DNA from: an uncultured bacterium
GTDB taxonomy: Bacteria > UBP7 > UBA6624
Direction of reading: 5' to 3'
NCBI GenBank assembly: GCA_964507645.1
Contig: CAZDPU010000005.1
Span: 1-59,504, forward strand
DNA: 59,504 bases
Shown here: one piece after another, positions 36,949 through 46,378 of the stretch
Layout of the letters: each line of letters begins with the position of its first letter
Numbering within the stretch: position 1 is the first letter of the stretch
The notes under the pieces: generated by a model
What the model saw: only the letters and a program-made list of their open reading frames with translations
What the model was told of the DNA's origin: nothing
Databases searched by the model: none
Made by a program: the position numbers and the translations under genes

Positions 36949-36951
36949 TAA

Positions 36952-37122
36952 CTAACCCTTTACCTCCTTGTGTAAAGTATGTTTTTTCAAACGTGGAGAA
37001 TATTTCATTAACTTCATTTTCTCTGGAGAATTCAACCTGCTCCGAGAACTTCTGTAATTCCTATCACCACACTCTGTGCACTCTAAGTAAAAATGCACCC
37101 TACGACCTTCTTTTTTTGCCAT
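36952..37122 (-). CDS. rpmG: Ribosomal protein L33 (56 aa, absent from the ORF track)
   Basis: My manual translation is MAKKEGRRVHFYLECTECGDRNYRSSRSRLNSPEKMKLMKYSPRLKKHTLHKEVKG. It has the L33-like C-x2-C motif and the KYxP..KKHT tail. Confidence 0.85.
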   Translation of the reverse strand: MAKKEGRRVHFYLECTECGDRNYRSSRSRLNSPEKMKLMKYSPRLKKHTLHKEVKG

Positions 37123-37153
37123 AACCTATTAGATATATCCTTTAAATGTATAA

Positions 37154-38368
37154 CTATTTAAGAATCTCTGTAATAACACCAGTTCCTATAGTTTTTCCAC
37201 CCTCTCTAATAGCAAATCTTAAATTTTGCTCACATGCAACTGGGTATATCAAAGTGATTTTTGCTTCAACATTGTCACCAGGATTTGCAAACTCAACCAC
37301 TGTTCCATTATTTGGATCAGCCAAAGATTCTACAGATCCAGTAATGTCTCCTGTTCTTACAAAGAACTGAGGTCTGTAATTAGATTTAAAAGGAGTATGT
37401 CTACCTCCCTCTTCTTTCTTGAGTATATAAACCTGAGCTTTGAATTCGGTAGCAGTTTTTATTGATTTAGGTTTTGCAATAACCATACCTCTTTCCAGCT
37501 CATCCTTTTTTGTACCTCTTAAAAGAATACCTGCATTATCTCCGGCAATTGCATTTCCAAGATTCTTGTTGAACATTTCAATACCTGTAGCAACAGTATC
37601 CTGATCTCTACCCATTCCTAGACAAGAGACTGCATCACCTATGTTTAATGTACCTCTTTCAACCCTTCCAGTACAAACTGTTCCACGACCCTTGATTGAG
37701 AAAATATCTTCTATAGGCATAAGGAAATCTTTATCTTGATCTCTTTCAGGAAGTGGGAAATATTCATCAACAGCAGCCATAAGTTCTACTATCTTTTCTT
37801 CCCATTCTGGCTTACCTTCAACAGCACCAAGAGCACTGCCGTAAATAATAGGAGCGTTGTCTCCATCATAACCATGATTATTCAACAAATCTCTAATTGT
37901 CATCTCTGTAAGCTCTAACATTTCATCAGCATCATCACCTTCAGCTGCTTTAACTTTATCAACCTTGTTGACAAATACACACAAAGCAGGAACATTTACC
38001 TGCTTCGAAAGCAAAACGTGCTCTGCTGTCTGAAGCATAGGACCATCATCACCTGCAACAACAAGAATAGCTCCATCCATCTGAGCTGCACCAGTTATCA
38101 TGTTCTTAATGTAATCAGCGTGACCAGGACAGTCTATATGTGCATAGTGCCTAGTTTCTGTTTCATACTCAATATGAGAAACATTGATAGTAACACCCCT
38201 TTCTCTTTCTTCTGGAGCTTTGTCAATATCCTCAAAAGCAGTTTGCTCAGCAAGCCCTTTTGCTGCTAAAACCTTACTGATAGCTGCTGTAAGTGTAGTT
38301 TTGCCATGATCAACATGGCCAATTGTCCCAATATTCATATGGGGCTTATCTCTGTTAAATTCTCCCAT
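37154..38368 (-). CDS. tuf: Elongation factor Tu
   Basis: Motifs [18 protein letters not shown] and NKVD. Length 404 aa. AGGAGG lies 8 nt upstream of the ATG. Confidence 0.97.
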   Translation of the reverse strand: MGEFNRDKPHMNIGTIGHVDHGKTTLTAAISKVLAAKGLAEQTAFEDIDKAPEERERGVTINVSHIEYETETRHYAHIDCPGHADYIKNMITGAAQMDGAILVVAGDDGPMLQTAEHVLLSKQVNVPALCVFVNKVDKVKAAEGDDADEMLELTEMTIRDLLNNHGYDGDNAPIIYGSALGAVEGKPEWEEKIVELMAAVDEYFPLPERDQDKDFLMPIEDIFSIKGRGTVCTGRVERGTLNIGDAVSCLGMGRDQDTVATGIEMFNKNLGNAIAGDNAGILLRGTKKDELERGMVIAKPKSIKTATEFKAQVYILKKEEGGRHTPFKSNYRPQFFVRTGDITGSVESLADPNNGTVVEFANPGDNVEAKITLIYPVACEQNLRFAIREGGKTIGTGVITEILK

Positions 38369-38414
38369 TTTTAATTCCTCCTAAATGTTAATTTTTTGTT
38401 TTCAAATTTTAAAA

Positions 38415-38486
<72 letters not shown>

Positions 38487-38488
38487 AA

Positions 38489-38562
38489 AGCGAGAGACGG
38501 GACTCGAACCCGCGACCCTCAGCTTGGAAGGCTGATGCTCTGCCAAACTGAGCTACTCTCGC
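38489..38562 (-). tRNA. tRNA-Gly (anticodon UCC)
   Basis: The reverse complement reads GCGAGAGTAGCTCAGTTTGGCAGAGCATCAGCCTTCCAAGCTGAGGGTCGCGGGTTCGAGTCCCGTCTCTCGCT. The anticodon loop is CTTCCAA. Confidence 0.9.
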
Positions 38563-38573
38563 ATTCCAAGCCA

Positions 38574-38656
38574 TGGAGGGAGAGGGATTCGAACCCCCGT
38601 ACGCATACGCGAGCGAGTTTACAGCCCGCCTCCTTTGGCCACTCGGACATCCCTCC
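38574..38656 (-). tRNA. tRNA-Tyr (anticodon GUA), class II with long variable arm
   Basis: The reverse complement starts GGAGGGATGTCCGAGTGGCC. The anticodon loop is CTGTAAA, the variable arm is long, the T-arm is GGGGGTTCGAATCCCTC, and the acceptor closes TCCCTCC-A. Confidence 0.88.
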
Positions 38657-38690
38657 CAAATAAAATCTATCTGTGTCATACAAACTAGAG

Positions 38691-38699
38691 ATTCTAGCA
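38691..38699 (-). promoter_or_regulatory. Candidate extended -10 promoter (TGCTAGAAT) for the tRNA-tuf operon
   Basis: The minus strand reads ...GATGCTAGAATCTC about 35 nt upstream of the tRNA-Tyr 5' end. No good -35 element is present. Confidence 0.3.
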
Positions 38700-38712
38700 T
38701 CATTTTCAGTTT

Positions 38713-39387
38713 TTATATGAATTTAATCAGTATTACCCACTCACCTTTAACTTCACTTGGCAAGCTTCGCAGGACATTCTGGGGAGAGCCGTCAATTCTC
38801 TTCTCGTGAATTTTTGAGATCTCAGAAAAAAGCTGTAAATCTACATTAATAAATTTATCAGTCAAAAAAATAAAATCTTTTAATTTTGAAGGGTTGACAA
38901 AAACCAGGTGAGTGCCTTTCATATTCGACATCCTGTTTAGCCAAGAAAAAATCTTCTTTTCTCCTTTAGGTGGGAAACCCCAAATAAAACAAGGTAAAGT
39001 TGGCCACCTACTCAAAGAAAGAGCCGAAGATACAGAGGAAGGCCCGGGTAAAGAAAAAATGGAGGCATTATTTTCCAGGGCTGAATAAACGACTTGATAT
39101 CCTGGATCTGCTATGTTTGGAGCACCAGCATCAGAAATTAGCCCAATCTTTTTTCCATCTAGGAAAAAACTTGCGAGCTTCTTTTTTGAAATATTTTTTT
39201 TATTCAGGCTCCATTTAAAAACCTTTGGAGAAGTTGAAATCCCCAATGAAGCATTTAAATTCCTATATTTTTTTAAACTTTCAACTAATAAAATATCACA
39301 CCTTTCTATCGTTTTTTTAAGCCTTATGGAACAATCTTCTAAATTGCCTATTGGTGTTGATATTATCCAAAGCTCTGATCCCGACAT
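38713..39387 (-). CDS. rsmI: 16S rRNA 2'-O-methyltransferase RsmI-like (tetrapyrrole-methylase fold)
   Basis: LWIISTPIGNLEDCSIRLKKTIERCDILLVE and SDAGAPNIADPGY. Confidence 0.8.
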   Translation of the reverse strand: MSGSELWIISTPIGNLEDCSIRLKKTIERCDILLVESLKKYRNLNASLGISTSPKVFKWSLNKKNISKKKLASFFLDGKKIGLISDAGAPNIADPGYQVVYSALENNASIFSLPGPSSVSSALSLSRWPTLPCFIWGFPPKGEKKIFSWLNRMSNMKGTHLVFVNPSKLKDFIFLTDKFINVDLQLFSEISKIHEKRIDGSPQNVLRSLPSEVKGEWVILIKFI

Positions 39388-39394
39388 GATTTAC

Positions 39395-40519
39395 TTACCT
39401 TGGAAATAATGTTGGATTTTCCCTCTTCACCAACATTATTACTGAAATAATTAAAAACAAAACGTTTGGAAACCATGCGGAAATAACTGCCGATAAACCC
39501 ATCTTGCTCAAGGCTATTCCAATCAACATCACGATGTAGTAAAAGAAAATTATTAACATTGAAATGCCTATACCCATCCCTGCACCCACAGGCTTTCTTT
39601 CAAATGAAGAGCCCATCGCTATTCCAAGTAGAGCAAAGATGATAGAGGCGAAAGGAACTGCAATTTTTAATTCTGTTTGAGTCGCCAACTTGTCAGCCTT
39701 CAGGGAATCCCCCCTAGCCCTTATTGTCTCAACATACTTTTTAGCATTTAAATAAGTCATCTCCTGCACATCTTTCGTTCTGAGATTTTTTATCTTCGTG
39801 GGGCTCTCTTGAAAAAAAATACGCAACTTGTCTTGTTTAAGGTTTGCAAAACGACCATCACCAAGATTAGAAATCGTTGTAACATTTGAAAGCTCCCAAG
39901 CTCCATCTTCAGAAATATAAAACCCTTTTTCGGATAAAAAATACTCTGAAAACATCAACTGATTCTTTTTATCTTCATAACTAAATAAATGAAGGTTGTA
40001 AAGAACATTGTTATCTAAATTATCAGCAATCAAGGTCCATTTGACATTCCCTGATGGGTAATAAGATTCAAAATTTACATTATCTGACTGCATATTTCCT
40101 TCTTTGTATATCTCTACAACTAATTTTTCCATCTTCTCAACAGAAGGAGGTATGAGGAATTCATTCAGCGAAAGAGAAAGACAAAAAGAAATCATTCCAA
40201 TAAAAACAACACTCAAAGACATCCTTCTCAAACTCGAACCGGAAGCTAAAGCGGCTCTCAATTCACCGCTTGAAGAAAGTTGAGAAAAAGTCAGGATCGA
40301 TGCTAGCAGGATTGTCATCGGAATTGCAACAACAAGAGATTGAGGTATCCCCAATGATAAAAAATCAACTACTTTTACTATTGGTGTATCCATGTCTACA
40401 ATCATCTTTATTGCTGCCTTGAAAGATGCAGCAAATAAGACAAAAAAAGTAAAAGTCATAAGGCCGTAAAGGAAAAGACCTCTTATTTGCCTCAGGATGA
40501 AAACATCAATTAGCTTCAA
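39395..40519 (-). CDS. LPS export ABC permease, LptF/LptG (YjgP/YjgQ) family
   Basis: Three N-terminal TM helices, a periplasmic beta-jellyroll-sized loop, then three C-terminal TM helices. It lies adjacent to lptB. Confidence 0.8.
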   Translation of the reverse strand: MKLIDVFILRQIRGLFLYGLMTFTFFVLFAASFKAAIKMIVDMDTPIVKVVDFLSLGIPQSLVVAIPMTILLASILTFSQLSSSGELRAALASGSSLRRMSLSVVFIGMISFCLSLSLNEFLIPPSVEKMEKLVVEIYKEGNMQSDNVNFESYYPSGNVKWTLIADNLDNNVLYNLHLFSYEDKKNQLMFSEYFLSEKGFYISEDGAWELSNVTTISNLGDGRFANLKQDKLRIFFQESPTKIKNLRTKDVQEMTYLNAKKYVETIRARGDSLKADKLATQTELKIAVPFASIIFALLGIAMGSSFERKPVGAGMGIGISMLIIFFYYIVMLIGIALSKMGLSAVISAWFPNVLFLIISVIMLVKRENPTLFPR

Positions 40520-40520
40520 T

Positions 40521-41234
40521 TTAATTTCCTAAATAGATTTCTTTTGCTGTTTTTGATTTTTTAATCTCTTGAGGGGTGCCTTCAACTTCTATCTTCCCTT
40601 CATTCATTAAATATATCCAATCAGCTATTTTCAACATAGCTAGATGGTTGTGATCTGTAATCAAAATACCCAAACCTCTCTTTTCTTTAAGGAGAACAAT
40701 GATTTCATGAAGTTGTTGAATATGTAAAGGATCTACCCCTGTGAAAGGCTCATCTAAAAGTATAAAATCAGGGTTGTTTGCTATTGATCGAGCAATCTCA
40801 ACCCTTCTTCTTTCTCCTCCAGAAAGAGCATACCCTAAAGATTTTCTCAAATGGGCTATTCCCATCTCTTCTAGAAGCTCTTCTATCCTTCCTTCATGTT
40901 CTGTCTTTGGGATTTTGTTAACCTCAAGAACTAGTTTAATATTCTCCTCAACAGTTAATTTTCTAAAAATACTAGGGCTTTGGTCTAGATATCCAATACC
41001 CAGTCTTGCTCTTTTATAAACAGGTGCCTTTGAGATATCTTTGTCATTCAAGAACACTTGACCTTTATCTGGTTTAACCAAGCCTGTAATCATGTAAAAA
41101 GTTGTTGTTTTTCCAGCTCCATTTGGACCCAGTAAGCCAATCGCTTTTCCTTTAGGTATCGAAATATTCACATTGTTAACAACAGTACGACTACCATACT
41201 TTTTAACCAAACCTTTCGATTCAATATTTGCCAT
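40521..41234 (-). CDS. lptB: LPS export ABC transporter ATPase LptB
   Basis: Walker A GPNGAGKTT, signature LSGGERRR, Walker B ILLDEPF. Typical LptB length and N-terminus. Confidence 0.9.
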   Translation of the reverse strand: MANIESKGLVKKYGSRTVVNNVNISIPKGKAIGLLGPNGAGKTTTFYMITGLVKPDKGQVFLNDKDISKAPVYKRARLGIGYLDQSPSIFRKLTVEENIKLVLEVNKIPKTEHEGRIEELLEEMGIAHLRKSLGYALSGGERRRVEIARSIANNPDFILLDEPFTGVDPLHIQQLHEIIVLLKEKRGLGILITDHNHLAMLKIADWIYLMNEGKIEVEGTPQEIKKSKTAKEIYLGN

Positions 41235-41266
41235 GGGTAAAGTATAAATCTAATAGATAGAAAAGA

Positions 41267-42304
41267 CTAACTTAATTGATTCAATCTAGATAACAACTCG
41301 TCGTTTACCTCAGAAGTTCCTAGATTTCCTCCAAGATCAACAGTGCTTTTGTTTTCTTTCAAAAGATCCGTTACAGCATTGTTCAACAACATTGCTTCTT
41401 TTTGCTTATTGTTATTCTTCAGCAACAAAGCCATGCTTAAAACTGCCGCAAAAGGGTTAGCCACATTCTTTCCTGCATATTTTGGAGCAGATCCATGAAC
41501 GGGCTCAAAAAGAGAAATTTTTCCAGGGTGGATATTTCCAGATTCTGCCAAACCCAAACCTCCAACTATTTGAGCACCTATATCAGAAATAATATCGCCA
41601 AACATATTTGTTGAAACCAGGACTCCAAAAGATTCAGGCCTTTTGACCAACTGCATGCTACAAGCATCAACGTAAAGGTGATCTGATTGAATGTTTGGAT
41701 AATCTTTCTTAATCTCATTAAAAATATCGAGCCACAATTGGTGTCCATGCCTCAAAACATTGCTTTTGTCCACCATGGTTACACGATGTCTAGATTCTTT
41801 TTGAGCCAACTCAAAAGCATAACGAATTATTCTTTCAGTACCCTTTCTCGTATATTCGCCCCTCTGCCATGCCATCTCGCCTTCCTGACCCTTGTTTTCC
41901 CAACCTCCTATCTGCCTATAAAAACCTTCAGTGTTTTCTCGGACAATGAGAAGATCAATATCTTTTGATTTTTTTAATGGAGACAATTCGGGAACTCTGC
42001 AAATACAAGGTCTGAGATTAACGTATAAATCTAACTCAAACCTCAGCCTCAACAACACTCTTGCTGCAAAATCTATATCTAAATCATCTCCGACAGCCCC
42101 TAAAAAAATAGAATCTGTTGCAAGTATTTTCTTCATTTTTGATTCATCTAAATCATTTTTATGATCAACCCAATTTTTTGTAGTCAAATCAGGAAAAGAA
42201 AGAAATTCAACATCATCTCCAAGAACAAATTTTGCTGCATTAACAGCTACATCTGTAACTTCAGGCCCAATGCCGTCTCCAGGTAAAACAGAAATTTTAA
42301 GCAT
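41267..42304 (-). CDS. Beta-decarboxylating dehydrogenase (isocitrate/isopropylmalate/tartrate dehydrogenase family)
   Basis: LPGDGIGPEV, VRENTEGFY and NMFGDIISD. RENTEG is not the classic LeuB RELTGG, so the substrate remains uncertain. Confidence 0.85.
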   Translation of the reverse strand: MLKISVLPGDGIGPEVTDVAVNAAKFVLGDDVEFLSFPDLTTKNWVDHKNDLDESKMKKILATDSIFLGAVGDDLDIDFAARVLLRLRFELDLYVNLRPCICRVPELSPLKKSKDIDLLIVRENTEGFYRQIGGWENKGQEGEMAWQRGEYTRKGTERIIRYAFELAQKESRHRVTMVDKSNVLRHGHQLWLDIFNEIKKDYPNIQSDHLYVDACSMQLVKRPESFGVLVSTNMFGDIISDIGAQIVGGLGLAESGNIHPGKISLFEPVHGSAPKYAGKNVANPFAAVLSMALLLKNNNKQKEAMLLNNAVTDLLKENKSTVDLGGNLGTSEVNDELLSRLNQLS

Positions 42305-42306
42305 AT

Positions 42307-42933
42307 TTAATTTGGTAACTCAGGTGGTTTCCAAGCATATATTGTATCAAACCAATTCAATTTGAAATCTTCTGGCAGTAAAAGAACTGCATCTAAAAAG
42401 AAATGGAGCCTATTAGATTCAATAAAAAACAACCTAGATTCAATACCCTCCACAATCAAACGCAATGATTCTTTAGATTTGTCTGAATAGGAATTTCTTA
42501 AATAAAAATCTTGACTATTGACATCAAAAAAAATAATCTCTTCCCTCACGCCAAATTCAACCAGATGCACAATTTCTTTCCATAACTTGTCATTGGCAAA
42601 AGACAATGTAACAAAAAGATCCTCAATCCCTATTAAGGAATCTCTTGGAATACCATTGGGTAAATATTTTTGGGGATTAAGTCTTTCATGCAGGTCAAAA
42701 TAAGCTGTATCTTTTAGAGAAAACCAAGAATTGATGCGATTGTCTTTTTTCATTTTTGCAATTATCAAATTCTCTTTGAGCTGCATTTCAAATAAATAAT
42801 TTTCCTGGAAAACAATACTATTCAATAGAGAAAAATCCCTAAAACCCTCCATCTCTTCTTGATTCCTACCAAAGCTAAAAGAAAGAATTAAGAAAGACAA
42901 CAATAAAAATATTTTTCTGTTTTTTTTATTCAT
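42307..42933 (-). CDS. Hypothetical secreted protein
   Basis: N-terminal signal-like segment KIFLLLSFLILSFSF. No motifs recognised. Confidence 0.5.
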   Translation of the reverse strand: MNKKNRKIFLLLSFLILSFSFGRNQEEMEGFRDFSLLNSIVFQENYLFEMQLKENLIIAKMKKDNRINSWFSLKDTAYFDLHERLNPQKYLPNGIPRDSLIGIEDLFVTLSFANDKLWKEIVHLVEFGVREEIIFFDVNSQDFYLRNSYSDKSKESLRLIVEGIESRLFFIESNRLHFFLDAVLLLPEDFKLNWFDTIYAWKPPELPN

Positions 42934-43894
42934 TATTTAAGAAAATTTGTCTTGCTTCTTCTGTAACTAGTCTCATTACCTTGTCTAACTCTCCAAAACA
43001 CCTGGCACCTGAAGCATGAAAGTGCCCTCCTCCACCATACTTATTCGCAATAATTCTTGAATCAACAGTTCCTTTTGACCTTAAGTTCATCTTAATCAAA
43101 CCATTTTCTTCCTCTCTGAAAAGTATGAAAAGATTAACATCTTTTATTGAATTACACTCTTCAGGAATCCCTTCAAAGTCAGGGGAGGTTATCTTATACT
43201 TAGCCCAATCAGAAAGCCTTGAATAAGACCAAGCAATCTTGCTGCTTGAATCAATTTTTATTCTTTGCATTATTTTTGTAAGGAGTTTTATTTTCCTTTG
43301 AGGATTAGAAAAATAAACTTTTTCTTTTAAAAATGAAACATTTGCACCAAGGTCTATCAAGTCAGCAGCAATTTTGAAAGTTTCCGAACGATTTGTGTTG
43401 AAAGTAAAATTTCCAGTATCAGTCATTAGTCCCAAAAAAATTGCATCAACCGATTCTTGATCCATTTTTGCATTTAGCAATTTGAATAATTTGTAAATTA
43501 AAACTGTTGTTGATGCTGCATCTTCTTCTACATAATTAACATCAGCAAAAAAACTATTACTTAAATGATGATCAATATTCACTGTAAAAAAATCTTTATC
43601 TAAAAACGATCGAAACTCATTATTTAACCTGTGTTCAACAGCAATATCTAAAAAAACAACAACATCATATCTTTTTTCCGGAATTGTTTTTTTTATCTTT
43701 TTTATTCCTGAAAAAAAAGAATAAATATCAGGAATTTCATCAATACAAACACACACAGCTTCTTTGTCTTCAAAAGAATTTATTAAATTGTTAAAAGCAA
43801 CTAAGCTACCTACAGAATCCCCATCAGGATCCTTGTGTGAAAGAATTAGAAAATTCTTATTGTTGGCGATTGTCGTAGTTATTTTTTCAATCAT
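42926..43894 (-). CDS. nrnA: DHH/DHHA1 phosphoesterase (NrnA-type oligoribonuclease/pAp phosphatase)
   Basis: SHKDPDGDSVGS, NIDHH and GGGGHFHASG. Confidence 0.85.
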   Translation of the reverse strand: MIEKITTTIANNKNFLILSHKDPDGDSVGSLVAFNNLINSFEDKEAVCVCIDEIPDIYSFFSGIKKIKKTIPEKRYDVVVFLDIAVEHRLNNEFRSFLDKDFFTVNIDHHLSNSFFADVNYVEEDAASTTVLIYKLFKLLNAKMDQESVDAIFLGLMTDTGNFTFNTNRSETFKIAADLIDLGANVSFLKEKVYFSNPQRKIKLLTKIMQRIKIDSSSKIAWSYSRLSDWAKYKITSPDFEGIPEECNSIKDVNLFILFREEENGLIKMNLRSKGTVDSRIIANKYGGGGHFHASGARCFGELDKVMRLVTEEARQIFLNNE

Positions 43895-44222
43895 CTGGTA
43901 AAGACTTGTTTAAAATTTGATTAATCTTGAATGCTTTTTCTACTGTATCATCCCAAAAAAAATCTAATTTAGGTATTTTTCTTAAACGCAAGCCACTTAA
44001 AGCCCTTGAAATTATTCTTCTTTTTGCAATATTCATCGTGTGCAATATTGTCTTTTTCTTAGAGCTTGAACTGCTACTTATATAGACATCGAGCTTTCCA
44101 TAACCACGAGAAAAATCAATCTTTGTTAAAGTTAAATCTGGTGGAATTCTAGGATCGTCTAATTGAGATATCTCTCTAGCTAAAGAATTTTTTATTGACT
44201 TAAAAACACTTAACTGCTTCAT
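43887..44222 (-). CDS. rbfA: Ribosome-binding factor A
   Basis: Size, its position after infB, and the DPRIP-type motif (LDDPRIPPDLTLTKI). Confidence 0.85.
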   Translation of the reverse strand: MKQLSVFKSIKNSLAREISQLDDPRIPPDLTLTKIDFSRGYGKLDVYISSSSSSKKKTILHTMNIAKRRIISRALSGLRLRKIPKLDFFWDDTVEKAFKINQILNKSLPDD

Positions 44223-46378
44223 TGATTAAATATTTCTGACTCTGTTTTTTTTCTTCTTTTGATTTCATATGTTACTAATTTGTCATTTGGCTTAAGGCCT
44301 GGTTTTCCAACAACCCTGAAACCACATTCAAACCCTTCTTTAACTTCTTTTACATCTTCTTTAAATCTTCTTAAATTATCAATTCTCCCTTCAAATATCA
44401 TCTTTTCATCTCTAAAAATCCTACATCTAGAACCTCTCTTGATCTCACCAGATTTTACTTTTCCCCCAGCTATTGTTAATCTAGGAGTTTCTCTAAATAT
44501 TTCCAAAAGAACCAATTCTCCGGATTTGATTTCTTCTTCATCTGCATCTATTGAATCAACAATTTCATTTCTAATGTTTTCAACAATCTTGTAAATTAAA
44601 TTATTCACACTAATCTTGACAGACTTTTCCTTGGCTAGTTTAGAAGCAGACCCAATAATCCCCACTTCGAAACCTAATATAGAACTGTCAGAAGAATGAG
44701 CAAGATCAACATCTCCTGTTGTTACATCTCCAACACCTGAGTTAACTACGAACACCTTAAACTCTTCAGACTTCAAAGCGTCTATCTCCTTCTTCATGGC
44801 TTCTAAGGCACCGTAACTTGAAGCTTTTATCAAGAGTCTAAATTCTTTAGTTGACCCTGTTGAAAAAAGTTCGTCAATATCAACAACTCTCTGTTCAGAA
44901 GATTGAGTCTTGTTTTTGCTTCTTGCCCTTAAAGCTTTCTTGGCAGCTTTTTGATTTTTAACTTCTAAAAATTTCTCGCCTGAAGAAGGAATGTGGTTCA
45001 ATCCTGTTATCTCAACAGGCATTCCAGGATGAGCTTCATTCATTGTCTTTCCATCATAAGAACTCATCCCCCTGACAACGCTGAAATCCTCATCAAAAAG
45101 CAAAACACTTTTTGTCTTTAATACGCCCTGAAGGATTATTGCTGTACAGGTTTTACCATTTTGTTTTATTTCAGATTCAACAACTACTCCTTGAACCTTT
45201 GCAGTACTATCTGCCTTAAGCTCTAGTATGTCACTTAACTCAACTATCCCTTCAAGCAGTTCCTCAACTCCATCTCCATTTTTTGCACTTATTGCAAAAA
45301 GAGGAACATCTCCTCCTAATCCAGAAGGATTAATCCCAACTTTTTGTAATTGACCTAAAACCTTATTTGGATTTGCTCTCGGACTATCCATTTTGTTCAA
45401 AGCAACAATCATTTCAACACCTGCAGCTTTTATATGTTCATATGCCTCTAAAGTTTGCTCTCTTGGACCTTCATCAGCAGCAACAACAAGGACTGCAACA
45501 TCTGTAATTTTTGCACCTCTTGATCTCATTGAGGTGAAAGAACTGTGTCCAGGAGTGTCTATAAAAGTTATCTTTCTTCCATTTTTTGTAGAAGCCAGAG
45601 TTGCACCTATCTTTTGAGTTATAGCACCAAATTCACCTGAAGCAACAGAAGTTTCTCTTATATAGTCCAGCAATGTTGTTTTCCCATGATCAACATGTCC
45701 CATAACTGTGATAATTGGAATTCTTTCAGTTAAAGACTCTTTGCTCATAGAAGCATCTGGTTCATGTATTTTTTCATCAATTATCTCTATGTGATCAATT
45801 TTCCAATTTTTAAGCAAAGAGGAAAGCTGTTCTTTGTCGGGCTTGTAATCTATATCAATTTGATCATCCTTGAAAAAAGAAAAAATATTTGCTATTGGAA
45901 TTCCTAGAAGCTTTGAGATATCTTTTATGCTTAAGCCTAAATTAACAGAGTTTAATTCTTTAGAAATTTCACTAACAGAACTAGCTGTCTCGGTAAGTCT
46001 AACAGAGAAAGACTTAGCAACCCTTGAGCCTAATTTAGTTGAACTTTTTTTGCTTCCAAGCTGAGCCAATCTCGCTTCTTTTTTTCGATCTTTTTTCTTT
46101 ACCGGAGCAGGAGAAGATCCTGCTGGGGATTTTTTTTGAAAACTTTTAGGGTTTTCTTTTTTCTCTGAAACTTTATCTTTGGATTTTTCTGTTGTTTTCT
46201 GTTCCGTCTTTTTATCATCTTCCTCTGGGCTTTTTCCCAAATAAGAAAGAACTTTTTTAACATCTTCGGTTTCGATAATTGACATGCTTGTGTTTACGTT
46301 TATGCCAATCTCCTTAGCCTTTAAAACTAAATCTTTAGAATCTAGATTTATTTTTTTTGCTAGTTCAAAAACTCTCAT
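44219..46378 (-). CDS. infB: Translation initiation factor IF-2
   Basis: G-domain motifs [17 protein letters not shown] and NKMD, plus the full C-terminal domains. Confidence 0.96.
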   Translation of the reverse strand: MRVFELAKKINLDSKDLVLKAKEIGINVNTSMSIIETEDVKKVLSYLGKSPEEDDKKTEQKTTEKSKDKVSEKKENPKSFQKKSPAGSSPAPVKKKDRKKEARLAQLGSKKSSTKLGSRVAKSFSVRLTETASSVSEISKELNSVNLGLSIKDISKLLGIPIANIFSFFKDDQIDIDYKPDKEQLSSLLKNWKIDHIEIIDEKIHEPDASMSKESLTERIPIITVMGHVDHGKTTLLDYIRETSVASGEFGAITQKIGATLASTKNGRKITFIDTPGHSSFTSMRSRGAKITDVAVLVVAADEGPREQTLEAYEHIKAAGVEMIVALNKMDSPRANPNKVLGQLQKVGINPSGLGGDVPLFAISAKNGDGVEELLEGIVELSDILELKADSTAKVQGVVVESEIKQNGKTCTAIILQGVLKTKSVLLFDEDFSVVRGMSSYDGKTMNEAHPGMPVEITGLNHIPSSGEKFLEVKNQKAAKKALRARSKNKTQSSEQRVVDIDELFSTGSTKEFRLLIKASSYGALEAMKKEIDALKSEEFKVFVVNSGVGDVTTGDVDLAHSSDSSILGFEVGIIGSASKLAKEKSVKISVNNLIYKIVENIRNEIVDSIDADEEEIKSGELVLLEIFRETPRLTIAGGKVKSGEIKRGSRCRIFRDEKMIFEGRIDNLRRFKEDVKEVKEGFECGFRVVGKPGLKPNDKLVTYEIKRRKKTESEIFNQ

